From contig NC_091996.1 in the NCBI RefSeq assembly GCF_044704955.1, positions 86,366,001 through 86,430,000 of the forward strand: 64,000 nucleotides of DNA. The letters are read 5' to 3'. The DNA is from Pristiophorus japonicus. Its lineage: Eukaryota. The notes beneath the pieces are model-generated. The model saw only the letters and a list, made by a program, of their open reading frames with translations. It had not been told where the DNA came from and searched no databases. Position numbers and translations under genes: made by a program. Shown piece after piece: positions 49,236 through 61,488 of the stretch; the first letter of the stretch is position 1, and the number at the start of each line of letters is the position of its first letter.

Positions 49236-49348
49236 ATTGCTTGGCGCAGGGCGAGCCTCGAGTGCTGGGACTGGCCATGATTCCCGGACACCACGTCGTC
49301 TCCATCGAAGTGGAACTGGACAGCGTGTCCAGCCCGCAGTACATGTGA
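49236..49348 (+). CDS. NAA38: NAA38 exon 3 ([37 protein letters not shown])
   Basis: TTGCAG| acceptor, phase 1; Sm2 motif [19 protein letters not shown]; stop TGA. Confidence 0.96.
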
Positions 49349-50546
49349 GGAGGAGGCTGTGGGGCTTCCTAACCGGGCGGGTTGGGTCTGCCCGTCGCCC
49401 CCCCCCTTCGCATCATCACGGCACCTCATTTGTCACTGTACGCATGCCGCGGTGAGACAGTTGTTTTATGTAAGAGTTGTTTGTGGCTTTGAGCGGGCAT
49501 GGTAGAGCCAGCGGCTAGGGGCTGTGCCGGGCGATGGATTGCTGCTAGTTCCTTTGCGCCCCCCCCCCCACCCACCCAAAGAGGTGTCGGGCACGTGACG
49601 CATCAGCTCCCAGAAAGGCCATGGGGGGTGGATGGTGGGGGGGTGGGGGGAAAGCACTGACACAGTTGCGGCTGGGGTGAGCGAACTCAGAGTCTGCAAG
49701 CACACCCCTTTTCCCCCAGCGAGAGTCAGCACCTTTGGGAGAGGAGGAGGGGGGGCGAGAGTGGTGGGGGGTGGGGGCACGGAAGGATTGCCCCCTTCTC
49801 TGATGGAAACCTGAACCTACAGTGAGGATGGCGCGTGGGCGGGCCGGGGGCATCCATTTTGGGCACCCGAGGCCCCAGTGACATCGGCAGAGTGGTTAAT
49901 CTGTGAGGGTTTCAGCCAGGGGGTGGTTTGTAAAGAAAATGTGCCGGGTGCTCTGGTCTTTGAAATGCAAGTGTGGGGAGAGAGAGAGAGAGAGAGACTA
50001 AATTTCATGTTGCTCACTCGTTTTTCCTCTCCGACTGTCAGGCTGGTTAGGGGCAAGCGATATACTAGCATTGGAATCTGCTCTGGGTCTTGGGGTGGGG
50101 AGGGGAGGGGGGGAGGTCTGTTTGCTGGACTCTTGCTGCAGCGCCCCGATGGCCAATCGCGATACATGGAATGTCGTGCGCGTAAAGTGTCGAGACACTG
50201 TCTGACTGTCACCGCCTGCACCGTGACCGTTACGGTAATTGCTGCCCGGCGTCGATTTGGTTACCACGACCGGAAGAGAACGACCTCGCCCAAGGGCGCC
50301 GTCGGAACAAACTGCGAGATAGGCCCTCGATCGAGCGTCGCGGTCCGACCACCCACCCCCACCCCGTGTCGCGGCCCGGCCCCTATTTTCCCACCGGGAA
50401 TGCTGCCTGAATTTTATCACTGCCACGGGGCACGACCTGTCGGCCCCTGGCACAGTGGGCAGCACTCTCGCCTCTGAGTCAGAAGGTCGTGGGTTCAAGT
50501 CTCACTCCAGAGACTCGAGCATGTAATCCAGGCCGATACTCCCAGT

Positions 50547-51392
50547 GCAGTGCTGAGGGAGCGCCTCACTGTCGGAGGGGCAGTACTGAGGGAGCGCCGC
50601 ACTGTGGGAGGGGCAGTACTGAGGGAGCGCCGCACTGTCGGAGGGGCAGTACTGAGGGAGCGCCGCACTGTGGGAGGGGCAGTGCTGAGGAGCGCCGCAC
50701 TGTCGGGGGGGCGGTACTGAGGGAGCGCCGCACTGTCGGAGGGGCAGTACTGAGGGAGCGCCGCACTGTCGGAGGGGCAGTACTGAGGGAGCGCCGCACT
50801 GTCGGAGGGGCGGTACTGAGGGAGCGCCGCACTGTCGGAGGGGCGGTACTGAGGGAGCGCTGCACTGTCGGAGGGGCGGTACTGAGGGAGCGCCGCACTG
50901 TCGGGGGGGTGGTACTGAGGGAGCGCCGCACTGTCGGGGGGGCAATGCGCCGCACTGTCGGGGGGGCAATGCTGAGGGAGCGCCACACTGTCGGGGGGGC
51001 AGTACTGAGGGAGCGCCGCACTGTCGGGGGGGCAGTACTAAGGGAGCGCCGCACTGTCGGAGGGGCAGTGCTGAGGGAGCGCCGCACTGTTGGAGGAGCA
51101 GTACTGAGGGAGCGCCGCACTGTCGGAGGGCCAGTACTAAGGGAGCGCCGCACTGTCGGAGGGCCAGTACTAAGGGAGCGCCGCACTGTCGGAGGGCCAG
51201 TACTAAGGGAGCGCCGCACTGTCGGGGGGGCAGTACTGAGGGAGCGCCGCACTGTCGGAGGGCCAGTACTAAGGGAGCGCCGCACTGTCGGGGGGGCAGT
51301 ACTGAGGGAGCGCCGCACTGTCGGAGGGCCAGTACTAAGGGAGCGCCGCACTGTCGGAGGGCCAGTACTGAGGGAGCGCCGCACTGTCGGAG
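50547..51392 (+). repeat. 33-bp SINE-internal minisatellite (about 26 units), the largest
   Basis: Within SINE 50445-51580. Confidence 0.95.
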
Positions 51393-53684
51393 CTTCCGTT
51401 TTTCGGATGAGACATTAAACCATCTCCCCTCTCGGTTGGATGTAAAAGATCCCATGGCCGCTATTTGAAGAAGAGCAAGGGAGTTCGCCCTGGTATCCTG
51501 CCCAATTTTTATCGCTCAACCAACATCACTAAAATGGATGATCTGACCATTATCACGTTGCTGCTTGTGGGAACTTGCTTGTACTGAACAGGAAAAACAA
51601 AAAAAATCCAGTTTGCCAATACGTACTTGATTTTACCCGTCTAAAGCTGCTAGATTTACCTATTGTATTTGCCGAGAGATTCCCGGTTTGAACTCTGAAT
51701 GTTATGCTCCTGTTTCCATTGGGCGTTTTCCCCCCCCCCCCCCCCCCCCACTTCTTGTCTGGCGCTCTTGCTGCCCGTCCCTAACCAAGGGGCACCGAGG
51801 TCATTGTTGGCACCAAAGGCGTTTGACCGGGCCGGTTGGTCAATCCTAGCACTCGGCTTCTCACCCGGTCCTCCATACTTCCCCGAAAGACTTTACTGGG
51901 AACCTGTGTCAAACCAGACCACGTATTAATGTGTCAGTAAATTCCCCATGGTGTCGCCGTGGTCAGTTGATGGCCTGCAAGGTGTCGGCAGAGTTGAAAG
52001 AGAGACATTTCTGCAATTTGAGCTCCACTGCGCCACTCGGTGGCCACAGCCTGCAACTGCACCGTGACTGATGACATAGCAGAATTGCATGGGCGGGGGT
52101 GGGGGAATAACTGAAAATGTTGGAGAACACTCGGGCAGCATCTGTGGCGAGAGAGAGAGAAACAGAGTTAACGTTTTGGATGTCTGATGATAAGTCGGCA
52201 GCCTGAAACGTTACCTTGGTCGCTCGCTCTCTCCACAAACGCTGCCTCATCGGCTGAGTTTCCATCGATTGCTGTTTTAATTTCAGATTTCCAGCATCCC
52301 GCAGTATTTTGCCTCTAACATTGAAGGGGAATGGGGAGATGTTAAACGCAGCAAATTACAATGAAGTGTGACTCAAAATGGTGACAACAGTAAGTCGTGT
52401 TCTGGGGCTGGAAGTGCGTGAAATTATTAATATACATAGACTGCGAGAGAGAGAAAATGTATTTTGTCATAATTGTCATTTTTATTGAAATAATGTGCAT
52501 TCAGCAAAAATATTTAAATAGTTGATTATTTTTGTCCATATTAAAATGTACAATGTTGAATTTAAAAACCAAAAATCCACTCTGTCTGTGACTGAAGCAG
52601 TTAGGGTGTTGTCTCTTTTTCTCATGGTGCCTTTTGCTCTTTCTCTCCGCCCCCACCCCCCTAGAGTGCTGATTCTCGCTGGCTGTGCGGATACATGGGC
52701 TGTGCCCGCCCTCGGCAAACATAGAAAATAGATGCAGGAGTAGGCCATTCGAGCCTGCACCACCATTCAATAAGATCATGGCTGATCATTCACCTCAGTA
52801 CCCCTTTCCTGCTTTCTCTCCACACCCCTTGATCCCTTTAGCCGTAAGGACCACATCTAACTCCCTCTTAAATATATCCAGTGAACTGGCCTCAACAACT
52901 CCCTGCGGTAGAGAATTCCACAGGTTCACAACTCTGAGTGAAGAAGTTTCTCATCTCAGTCCTAAATGGCTTACCCCTTAATCCCTTAGACTGTGACCCT
53001 TGGTTCTGGACTTCCCCCAACATCGGGAACATTCTTCCTGCGTCTAACCTCTCCAGTCCCGTCCTTTTTCCCGCCGCGCCTCGACAGCGAGTGTCGGTGG
53101 GCAATTCGACCAGGTGGGGAATCGCAGCCAAGTCCTATCCTGGCCCGGCAACCGAGCACACTTTGTCGAGGGTTGTGGGGAGCGGGCGGGGAAGTGGAGC
53201 TGAGGCCAAGATCAAATCAGCCGTGATCTCATTGAATGGCGGCGCAGGCCCGAGGGGCCAAATGGCCGACTCCTGCTCCTATTTCTTATGTTCTTTCCAG
53301 CGGAGGGTGGGGTGGTCGCTGGGTCATGGTTTGGGGCAGGAACTCTGTCTTATTTTATTACACGCGCCCTTCCCCCTTCCCTCATTCCCTATTCCACGGG
53401 TGTTGTGGTGATTGGAGAATTCCCCCCTCCCCAAACAGCACAGACCGGGGGGCATCAGACGTGACACCCTTCCAGTCTGCATGGCTTTGTTGGCACCAGG
53501 GAGCCGAACAATCTAACGCGGCAGTGGGAAGGGGAGTTTGCCCCTGCCGATTTGGGTCGACCAACGTAATCGAGATAAACTTAAGAATTCCAGTAGCAAC
53601 AGGCCATTTCAGCATATTGTCTGGCTCTGTGGCTCCCATCGGTCTGAAGGGCTGGTTAACTGAGATATCAGCAGTCTGTCTTTC

Positions 53685-54250
53685 ATCATCATAGGCGGTC
53701 CCTCGTATCGAGGATGACTTGCTTCCAAGCCAAAAAGGGATGAGTTCGCAGGTGTTTCAGTGAAGGACCTAATATTCCAGATCCCGAACTACATCCTGAA
53801 GATGCCTGTGGGTGGATTTTTTTAACGTGGGGTGGCCGTTGCACACCAGCCACCACACGGGCTTGACAGAGCGAGGTCTTGGTCCAGTGGCAAGGGTTAA
53901 CCAGGACGACTGGAGACCAGCTCTGCTGCACGGACCTAGTGCGCGCACATATCGTACAGTGTGGGCTGGGCCCGTGCTGCCCCTGGGCCCCCGAACTCTC
54001 GCCTCTCCTGGGCCCCGATCACATCCCTCCACAGTCTCTCGCCGCTCCTGCTGTATCTACCCACGCTCCAATCGCCGACCCGGACCTTGGTGACGTCACT
54101 CTTCACTGGGCCGCCCTCCTGCACCAGCTCGCGCTGCTCCCCGGAGTAGTCTCCCGGGACCTCCAAGCTGCTCCCAGGGTCACCCGCCGCTCCTTTTATG
54201 GCCCCGACCTGCCGCTGGTCCTCTCACGCAAATCGGGGCCTCCACTTAAA
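53685..54250 (-). mobile_element. Second copy of the bipartite RTE derivative
   Basis: Homologous to the 3' part of 25585-26275; reads M*FGIWNIRSF and then the tail. Confidence 0.7.
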
Positions 54251-55161
54251 GTCTGTCTTTACTCCTTCATAGAATCTCTCAGCACAGAAAGAGGCCATTC
54301 GGCCCATCGTGCCCGTGCCGGCTCTTTGGAAGAGCGATCAAATTAGTCCCACTCCCCCTCCCCTGCTTTTTCCCCACAGTCCTGCAAATGTTTCCTTTTG
54401 AAGTATTTATCCAACTCCCCTTTTGAAAGTTACTGTTCAATCTAAATATATTCAAAAAGGAGTTAGATGAAGTCCTTACTACTAGGGGAATCAAGGGGTA
54501 TGGTGAGAAAGCAGGAATGGGGTACTGAAGTTGCATGTTCAGCCATGAACTCATTGAATGGCGATACAGGCTAGAAGGGCCGAATGGCCTACTCCTGCAC
54601 CTATTTTCTATGTTTCTATGTTTCTATCTGCTTCCAGGCAGCACATTCCATCATATCTCGCTGCATCAAAGCAACCCTCATCTCTCTGACTCTTTCCAAT
54701 GATCTTAACTCTGTGTCCTCTGGTTACTGACTCTCCTGCCACTGAAAACAGATTCTCTGTTTCCTCTTGTCAAAACCACAAGGGGAATCGTTAGCACAGA
54801 ACCAGTTGCCATTGACAGCATGAACAACAACATTTATACAGGAGCATTGTCCGACAAAATTGGACACCGAGCCGCCTGAGATGTTGGGGACAGGTGACCA
54901 AAAGCTTGGTCAAAGTGGAAGGCTTAAAGGAGCGTCTTGAAAGGAGGTGAGCTTTAGGGAGGGAATTCCAGAGCTCGGGGCCGACAGTGGTGGAGCGATA
55001 GAAATCACAGAGATGCTCAAGAGGGCAGTATTGGAGGAGGGCAGAGATCGGGGAGGGTTGTAAGACTGCCGGGGGTTACAGAGGTAGGGAGGGGGTGAGG
55101 CCATGGAGGGAATGTTCTCTAGCAATGGCAGTGATTGTGCCGAATCCTCCACCGGGACTGT

Positions 55162-55177
55162 GCAGCAGGGGGCGCTG
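55162..55177 (+). promoter_or_regulatory. Candidate CTCF site between the convergent NAA38 and PTX3-like genes
   Basis: GCAGCAGGGGGCGCTG matches the CTCF core; it sits in a short unique island between repeats. Confidence 0.55.
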
Positions 55178-56217
55178 GTGACGTCGTCGCAACACAAATG
55201 TCGTCATCACTTAACACATTTATAAACCTATCCGGAAAGACCGAGCAGGCTCAGGTTCATTTCTCCAGAACGGAGAAGGCCGAGGGGGTGACCTGACCGA
55301 GGACTTTCAAATTGCGAAAGGGTTCAAATCGGGTAGACGTAGAGAAGATGTTTCAACTTGTGCAGGAGGAATCCAAAGCTAAGGGTCACAAATATAAGAT
55401 AGTCGCTAATAAACCCAATGGGGAATTCAGGAGAAACTTCTTGGCCCAGAGAGCGGTGAGAATGTGGGACTCGCTGCCACAGGGAGGGGTTAAGGCGACT
55501 AATGTGGATGCAGTTAAGGGAAAGCTGGATAGACACATGAGGGAGAAAGGAATAGAAGGATAGAGAGGGGTGGGAGGGGGCTGGTTTGGAGCATAAACGC
55601 TGGCACGGAGCAGTGGGGCCGAATGGCCTGTTTCTGTGCTGTACATATTGTGTAACCTTTCAACTCTTGTAAGGGTTTTGCGATAAGAGCTAATTCCGAC
55701 AGAGAATCCATGGTGCGCTTATATAGATAGCTTTTAACATGTTTTACTTAAAACTACAGTTCAGCACTAAATTAGGAAACTTTGTGTCGAGTATTTTTAA
55801 AGTAAAATGCTCCTTCATTGTTAAATAGTAGTTGATTAGAAGAGAATATATAAAATAGTCCCTATACCGTAAATGGAGTTAACCACGAGACGGAGGGCAT
55901 CAAGCCATTTAGAGGAATGGAAACCAGGGGGCAGTTAAGTTTTTTTTTTGCTTGACACGTCATCATATATATTTGTTTAGAAAAACAGGCCATATGCAAG
56001 AGCAGACCACTTTCCAGACCGTGTGATCCCAAGCTGACCCTATTGGGCCTGGCATGCAGCCCGTTTAAAAATATCATCCCTATCCCCCACCCCCCGCAAC
56101 GACGTAACTTATTGGGTCACGTCCTAAATGCCATAATTGCTATAGTTGCCAGATTTATTTAGTAATAGCGGTGCATAACTGGCTCAAAAGGATGGGACAG
56201 GCGGGGCATTCAACGGA

Positions 56218-56305
56218 ATTTCAAAATGGCTGTCTTGACAACATTTGGATTTCAAAATGGCTGCCTTGACAACATTTGGATTTCAAAATGGCTGCCTTGA
56301 CAGCA
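56218..56305 (+). repeat. 31-bp tandem repeat (about 3 units) downstream of the PTX3-like stop
   Basis: ATTTCAAAATGGCTG(T/C)CTTGACAACATTTGG. Confidence 0.85.
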
Positions 56306-56467
56306 TTCAGGAAAATTAAGTCAATGAAGCACATTTTTTCCCATAAAATAACTGCTGTAAGTTTTTCTTTTTTTTAAAAAAAGGAGAGGAATTAACATTG
56401 ATGGTGGTAATTTGTGATTTTTATCTGTGGCACAAAGCTCCGTCAGGTACTGGGAACGAAGGGCTCA

Positions 56468-57069
56468 CTAGTGGAGCGAATCGCCACGACCCACTGTAAC
56501 CGGAGAGACGCCCCACCCCACCACGTTCCCGTTAACGTCGCAGCCGTTGCCTCTCAGCAGGAGGCCGACCTCCGCCTCTGTGGCGGCCGCGTCCCACAGG
56601 TTGAAACCCGTCAGCGAACCGGCGAAGGCCGCGGACTCCTCGTCGCTGCCGCCCGTGCGGCAGTCGGCGGTCTCGCGCCCCAGCTGCACGGCGCCTCGCC
56701 CGGGGATGGAGCGCGGCCCGGCCCTCGGGCCGCCCGAGGCCACCGCCCGCCCGTCCACCACCAGCGTCGCCTTGCCGGCTTTGCCGTCCCACACCCCGCA
56801 GTAGAGCGTCCACTTCCCCGTGGGGCCTGCGCGGCTGTCCACCCCTGCGCGGCCGACGGAGAACCGCGCCGCGCCCCGGCTCAGCTCCAGCCGGAATTCA
56901 GCGCCGGCTCTTTGGGTGCAGTAAGAAAAGAGGACCCCCCTCTCCATCGCGCCGCTCGGCTTCGCCCAGACGCAGGCGGTGAAGGCGAGGAGGTCGCGGT
57001 TGACCGCGGGGAGGACGCTGGCTGGAATTCCCTCCGGATGAGCGGCCAAAGTCAATGTCCTCTGGCACC
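56468..57069 (-). CDS. Terminal exon of a long-pentraxin PTX3-like gene encoding the full C-terminal pentraxin domain; upstream exons not found in the window
   Basis: Long polypyrimidine tract and CCACAG| acceptor, phase 1, 200 open codons including the stop. Motifs GCQR, FTACVWAK, LFSY, CGVW, VQLGRE, FAGSLTGFNLWD and GCDVNGNVVGWGV parallel PTX3 GCET, FSACIWVK, LFSY, CGTW, LQIGQE, FSGRLTGFNIWD and SCHIRGNIVGWGV. Confidence 0.88.
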
Positions 57070-58115
57070 CTGTGGAAACAACAGCGAGAGAAACAAAAAA
57101 AGGGGCAACATTAGTCGTTGGAAAATCTTCCATCCCGCAACGTCAACTGATAATTACAGACTAGGGAGGCCGTTCAGCTTAATTCATCCATCCAGATACA
57201 GCCTAGAGTTCCCCCATTTCCACATGATTGTTTCCTCTGGTCTGCCTCTAGCCCTTGACCGTTTGTGGGTCAGAGGGGGATGGTGCCTCACTCACTTCAC
57301 ACGACTGGCTGTCCTTACACTCGCCTCTGGGTCAGAAGGTTGTGGGTTCGAGTCCCACTCCAGGGACACAGTGTAGTGCTGAGGGAGCGGCGCACTGTCG
57401 GAGGGCAGTGCTGAGGGAGCGCCGCACTGTCGGAGGTGCCGTCTTTCGGATGAGATGTTAAACCGAGGCCCCGTCTGCTCTCTCAGGTGGACGTAAAAGA
57501 TCTCACGGCCGCTATTTCGAAGAAGAGTCGGGAGTTCTCCCCGGTGTCCTGGGGCCAATATTTATCCCTCAATCAACATAACAAGAAAGCAGATGATCTG
57601 GTCATTGTCACATTGCTGTTCGTGGGAGCTTGCTGTGCGTAAATTGGCTGCCATGTTTCCCACATTATAACTGAACTCGAGGTGATCCAAAACACGGCTG
57701 TCTGTGTCCCAACTCGCACCGAGTCCCGCTCACCAATGTGCTCGCCGACCTACATTGGCTCCCGGTTAAGCAACGCCTCGATTTCAAAATTCTCATCCTT
57801 GTTTACAAATCCCTCCATGGCCCTTGCCCCCTCCCTATCTCTGTAACCTCCTCTAGCCCCACAACCACCCCTGAGATGTCTGCGCTCCTCTAATTCTGCC
57901 CTCTTGAGCATCCCTGATTATAATCGCTCCACCATCGGTGGCCGTGCCTTCAGTTACCTGGGCCCCAAGCTTTGGAACTCCCTGCCTAAATCTCTCTACC
58001 TCTCTTTTCTCCTTCAAGACGCTCCTTAAAACCACCTTCCACCACGCTTTTGGTCACCTGCACTAGTTTCTATGTGGCTTGGTGTCAAATTTTTGTATCA
58101 AATAATACTTGGGGC

Positions 58116-58580
58116 ATAAGAAATAGGAGCAGGAGTCGGCCATTCGGCCCCTCGAGCCTGCTCCGCCATTCAATACAATCATGGCTGATCTGATCATGGA
58201 CTCAGCTCCACTTCCCCGCCCGCTCCCCATAACCCCTTATCCCCTATTGTTTAAGAAACTGTCTATCTCTGTCTTAAATTTATTCAATATCCCGGCTTCC
58301 ACAGCTCTCTGAGGCAGCGAATTCCACGGATTAACAACCCTCTGAGAGAAGAAATTCCTCCTCATCTCAATTTTAAATGGGCGGCCCCTTATTCTAAGAT
58401 CATGCCCCCTAGTTCTAGTCTCCCCCATCAGTGGAAACATCCTCTCTGCATCCACCTTGTCGAGCCCCCTCATAATCTTATACGTTTCGATAAGATCACC
58501 TCTCATTCTTCTGAATTCCAATGAGTAGAGGCCCAACCTACTCAACCTTTCCTCATAAGTCATCTCCGGAATCAACCTTG
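58116..58580 (-). mobile_element. CR1 LINE 3' fragment
   Basis: YEERLSRLGLYSLEFRRMRGDLIETYK. Confidence 0.88.
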
Positions 58581-61093
58581 GGTCGTCAAAGGCCCTATAT
58601 AAATATTAATTGTTGAGTAAGTGAGACAATTCCTCTGAACTCAATGTTGAATGTGACCAGGAACTGTAGTGATATTCAACACCCGACAGACACGTTCTGT
58701 CGCAGAGTTACACACAGTAAGGGCAAAGGTTAAAGAGATTGAAGAGAGAATGAAAGGTCACAGTTGCGTGACCTTTAAGTACAAACACCACTTGGTCCGG
58801 TACCAGAGGCTGGGTTGGCCGCGAGACTGCTGCCTCATCAGAATCAAACACAGCCTACCTTTGTTCCTTGTTCTGCCCTTTCTTCCTACTTCAAAGGCCA
58901 ACCAAACAACCACGTTTGCATTTCATCGGCGTCCAAATGCCAGGCTTGGGCCTCCAGAGCTCTGAGCTCATGAGAGCCTCCGTCAGCCGTGGGTGAGTGA
59001 GTCGCACTTTCTATCCGGCTTGAGTCAGAAGGTTGTGGGTTCGAGCCCCTACTCCAGAGGCCCGCGCTCCCAGTGCCCGTGCTGAGCTGCCCTCTTTGGG
59101 ATGAGACGTTAAACCGAGGTCCCGTCTGCCCCTCTCAGGTAGAGCTCAGTGGGTAGCACTCTGAGTCAAAAGGTTTTGAGTATTGAGTCCCACTCCAGGG
59201 ACTTGAGCACATAAATCCAGGCCAACGCTCCCAGTACCAGTGCTGAGGGAGCGCCGCACTGTCGGAGATGCCGTCTTTCAGATAAGTGATTAAACCGAGG
59301 CCCCGTCTGCTCTCTGAGGTGGATGTAAAACATCCCACGGCCACTATTTAGAAGAAGAGCAGGGGGAGTTCTCCCCGGAGTCCTGGGGCCAATATTTATC
59401 CCTCAATCAACATAACAAAAAACAGATTATCTGGGTCATGTTTGTGGGAGCTTGCTGTGCGCAGATTGGCTGCCGCGTTTCCCGCATTACAACAGTGACC
59501 ACACTCCAAAAGTACTTCATTGGCTGTAAAGTGCTTTGGGACATCCTGAGGTTGTGAAAGGCGCTATATAAATGCAAGTCTTTTAAAGCAGATAGAGATT
59601 GCAAGACGATAAAAGACAAAGGTTCATCTCATTCGCTTTCTACCATCCTGGTCGTTCCATGATACAACGGTAATGGGAGTTATTTACTAATCCTTGCAAT
59701 CAATCGCTATCAATTAGTCTACAACTCCACTTGCCTGGATGAGTGCAGCTCCAACAACACTCGAGAAGCTCGACACCATCCAGGTCAAAGCAGCCCGCTC
59801 GATGGGCACGCTACCCACCACCTTCAACATTCACTCCCTCCACCACCGGCGCCCCCTGTCTGCAGTGTGCACCGTCTACAAGATGCACTGCAGCAACTCG
59901 CCAAGGCTTCTTCGGCAGCACCTCCCAAACCCGTGACCTCTACCCCCTAGAAGGACAAGGGCAGCAGGCGCATGGGAACACCACCACCTCCACGTTCCCC
60001 TCCGAGTCTCACACTGTCCCGACTTGGGAATATATCGGCCGTTCCTTCATCGTCGCTGGGTCACAATCCTGGAACTCCCTCCCTAACAGCACTGTGGGAG
60101 CACCTTCACCACACGGAACTGCAGCGGTTCAAGAAGGCGGCTCACCACCACCTTCTCAAGAGGCAATTCGGGATGGGCAATAAATGCCGGCCTTGCCAGC
60201 GACGCCCACATCCCGTGAATGAATTTGAAAAAGTCACTGACTGTGGATCCAGCGCGCGAGAGAAGGCGATTGTGGGAATGAATGAGTTACAGTAATGACG
60301 CATAAACACATGGAGTAGGAAGAGTGTGTGGGCCGGGATATTTGGAACTCGGGAGAATCACAAACCAGGGGGAAGGAAGTTTGCAGATAAAGTGGAGTTA
60401 ATTTAGCTCCAAGGTGACTCACTGGGTTGCACAGTGGCTTATCTGTGTGTCCTCCATTTCATGCGTGGGGGGAGGCTCCAAGCGAAGGCTCTCTTAACAA
60501 CAGCTCACAGAAGGAGGCCATTCGGCCCGTCGAGCCCGTGCCGGCTCTCTGCAAGAGCACCTCAGCCAGTCCCACTCCCCCCGCCCTTTCCCCGTAGCCT
60601 TGCAATTTTCTCTTCAGGCACTTATCCAACTTCCTTTTGAAAGCCACGATTGAGTCTGCCTCCACCACCCTCTCGGGCAGCGCATTCCAGATCCTAACCA
60701 CTCGCTGCGTAAAAAGGTTTTTGTTCATGTCGCCTTTGGTTCTTTAGCTAATCACCGAGCCACAGAAGGAGATATTAGGACAGGTGATCAAAAGATTGGG
60801 TCAAAGAGGTAGGTTTTGTGGAGCGGCTTAAAGGAGGAGAGAGAGGCGGAGAGGTTGAAGGAGGGAATTCCAGAGCTTGGGGTCCAGGCAGTTGAAGGCA
60901 CGGCCACCGATGATGGAGCGATAGAAATCGGGGAAGTGCAAGAGTCCAGATTTAGAGGAGCGCAGAGATCTCGGAGGGTTGCAGGGCTGGAGGGGGGCAC
61001 TGAGATAGGGAGGGGCGAGGGCCACAGAGAAATTTTAAACAAGGATGAGAATTTTGAAATCGAGGCGTTGCTTAACCGGGAGCCAATGTAGGT

Positions 61094-61488
61094 CAGCGAG
61101 CACAGGGGGTGATGGGTGAGCGGAACTTGGTGTGAGTTAGGACACGGGGCAGCGAGCACAGGGGGTGATGGATGAGCGGGACTTGGTGCGAGTTAGGACA
61201 CGGGGCAGCGAGCACAGGAGGTGATGGGTGAGCGGGACTAGGTGCGAGTTAGGACACGGGGCAGCAAGCACAGGAGGTGATGGGTGAGCGGGACTGGGTG
61301 CGAGTTAGGACACGGGGCAGTGAGCACAGGGGGTGATGGGTGAGCGGGACTGGGTGCGAGTTAGGACACGGGGCAGCGAGCATAGGGGGTGATGGGTGAG
61401 CGGGACTGGGTGCGAGTTAGGACACGGGGCAGCGAGCATAGGGGGTGATGGGTGAGCGGGACTCGGTGCGCGTTAGGACACGGGGCAG
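61094..61488 (-). repeat. 56-bp L2-internal minisatellite (7 units)
   Basis: Same unit within L2 60755-61490. Confidence 0.92.

Noticed and set aside
50489-51455. Long ORFs of 250-317 aa on both strands, also at 61879-62751 and 45256-45876
   Set aside because: They are translations of the 33-bp unit, which is stop-free in five of six frames; there is no coding evidence.
49350-56460. TMEM88, expected from human gene order
   Set aside because: I saw no exon with TMEM88-like transmembrane sequence in this interval.
57070-57133. ATG at 57133 as the start of a single-exon pentraxin
   Set aside because: The apparent hydrophobic leader is the translated polypyrimidine tract; PTX3 similarity begins exactly at the acceptor.
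56414-57376. 320-aa plus-strand ORF
   Set aside because: Antisense shadow of the GC-rich pentraxin exon.
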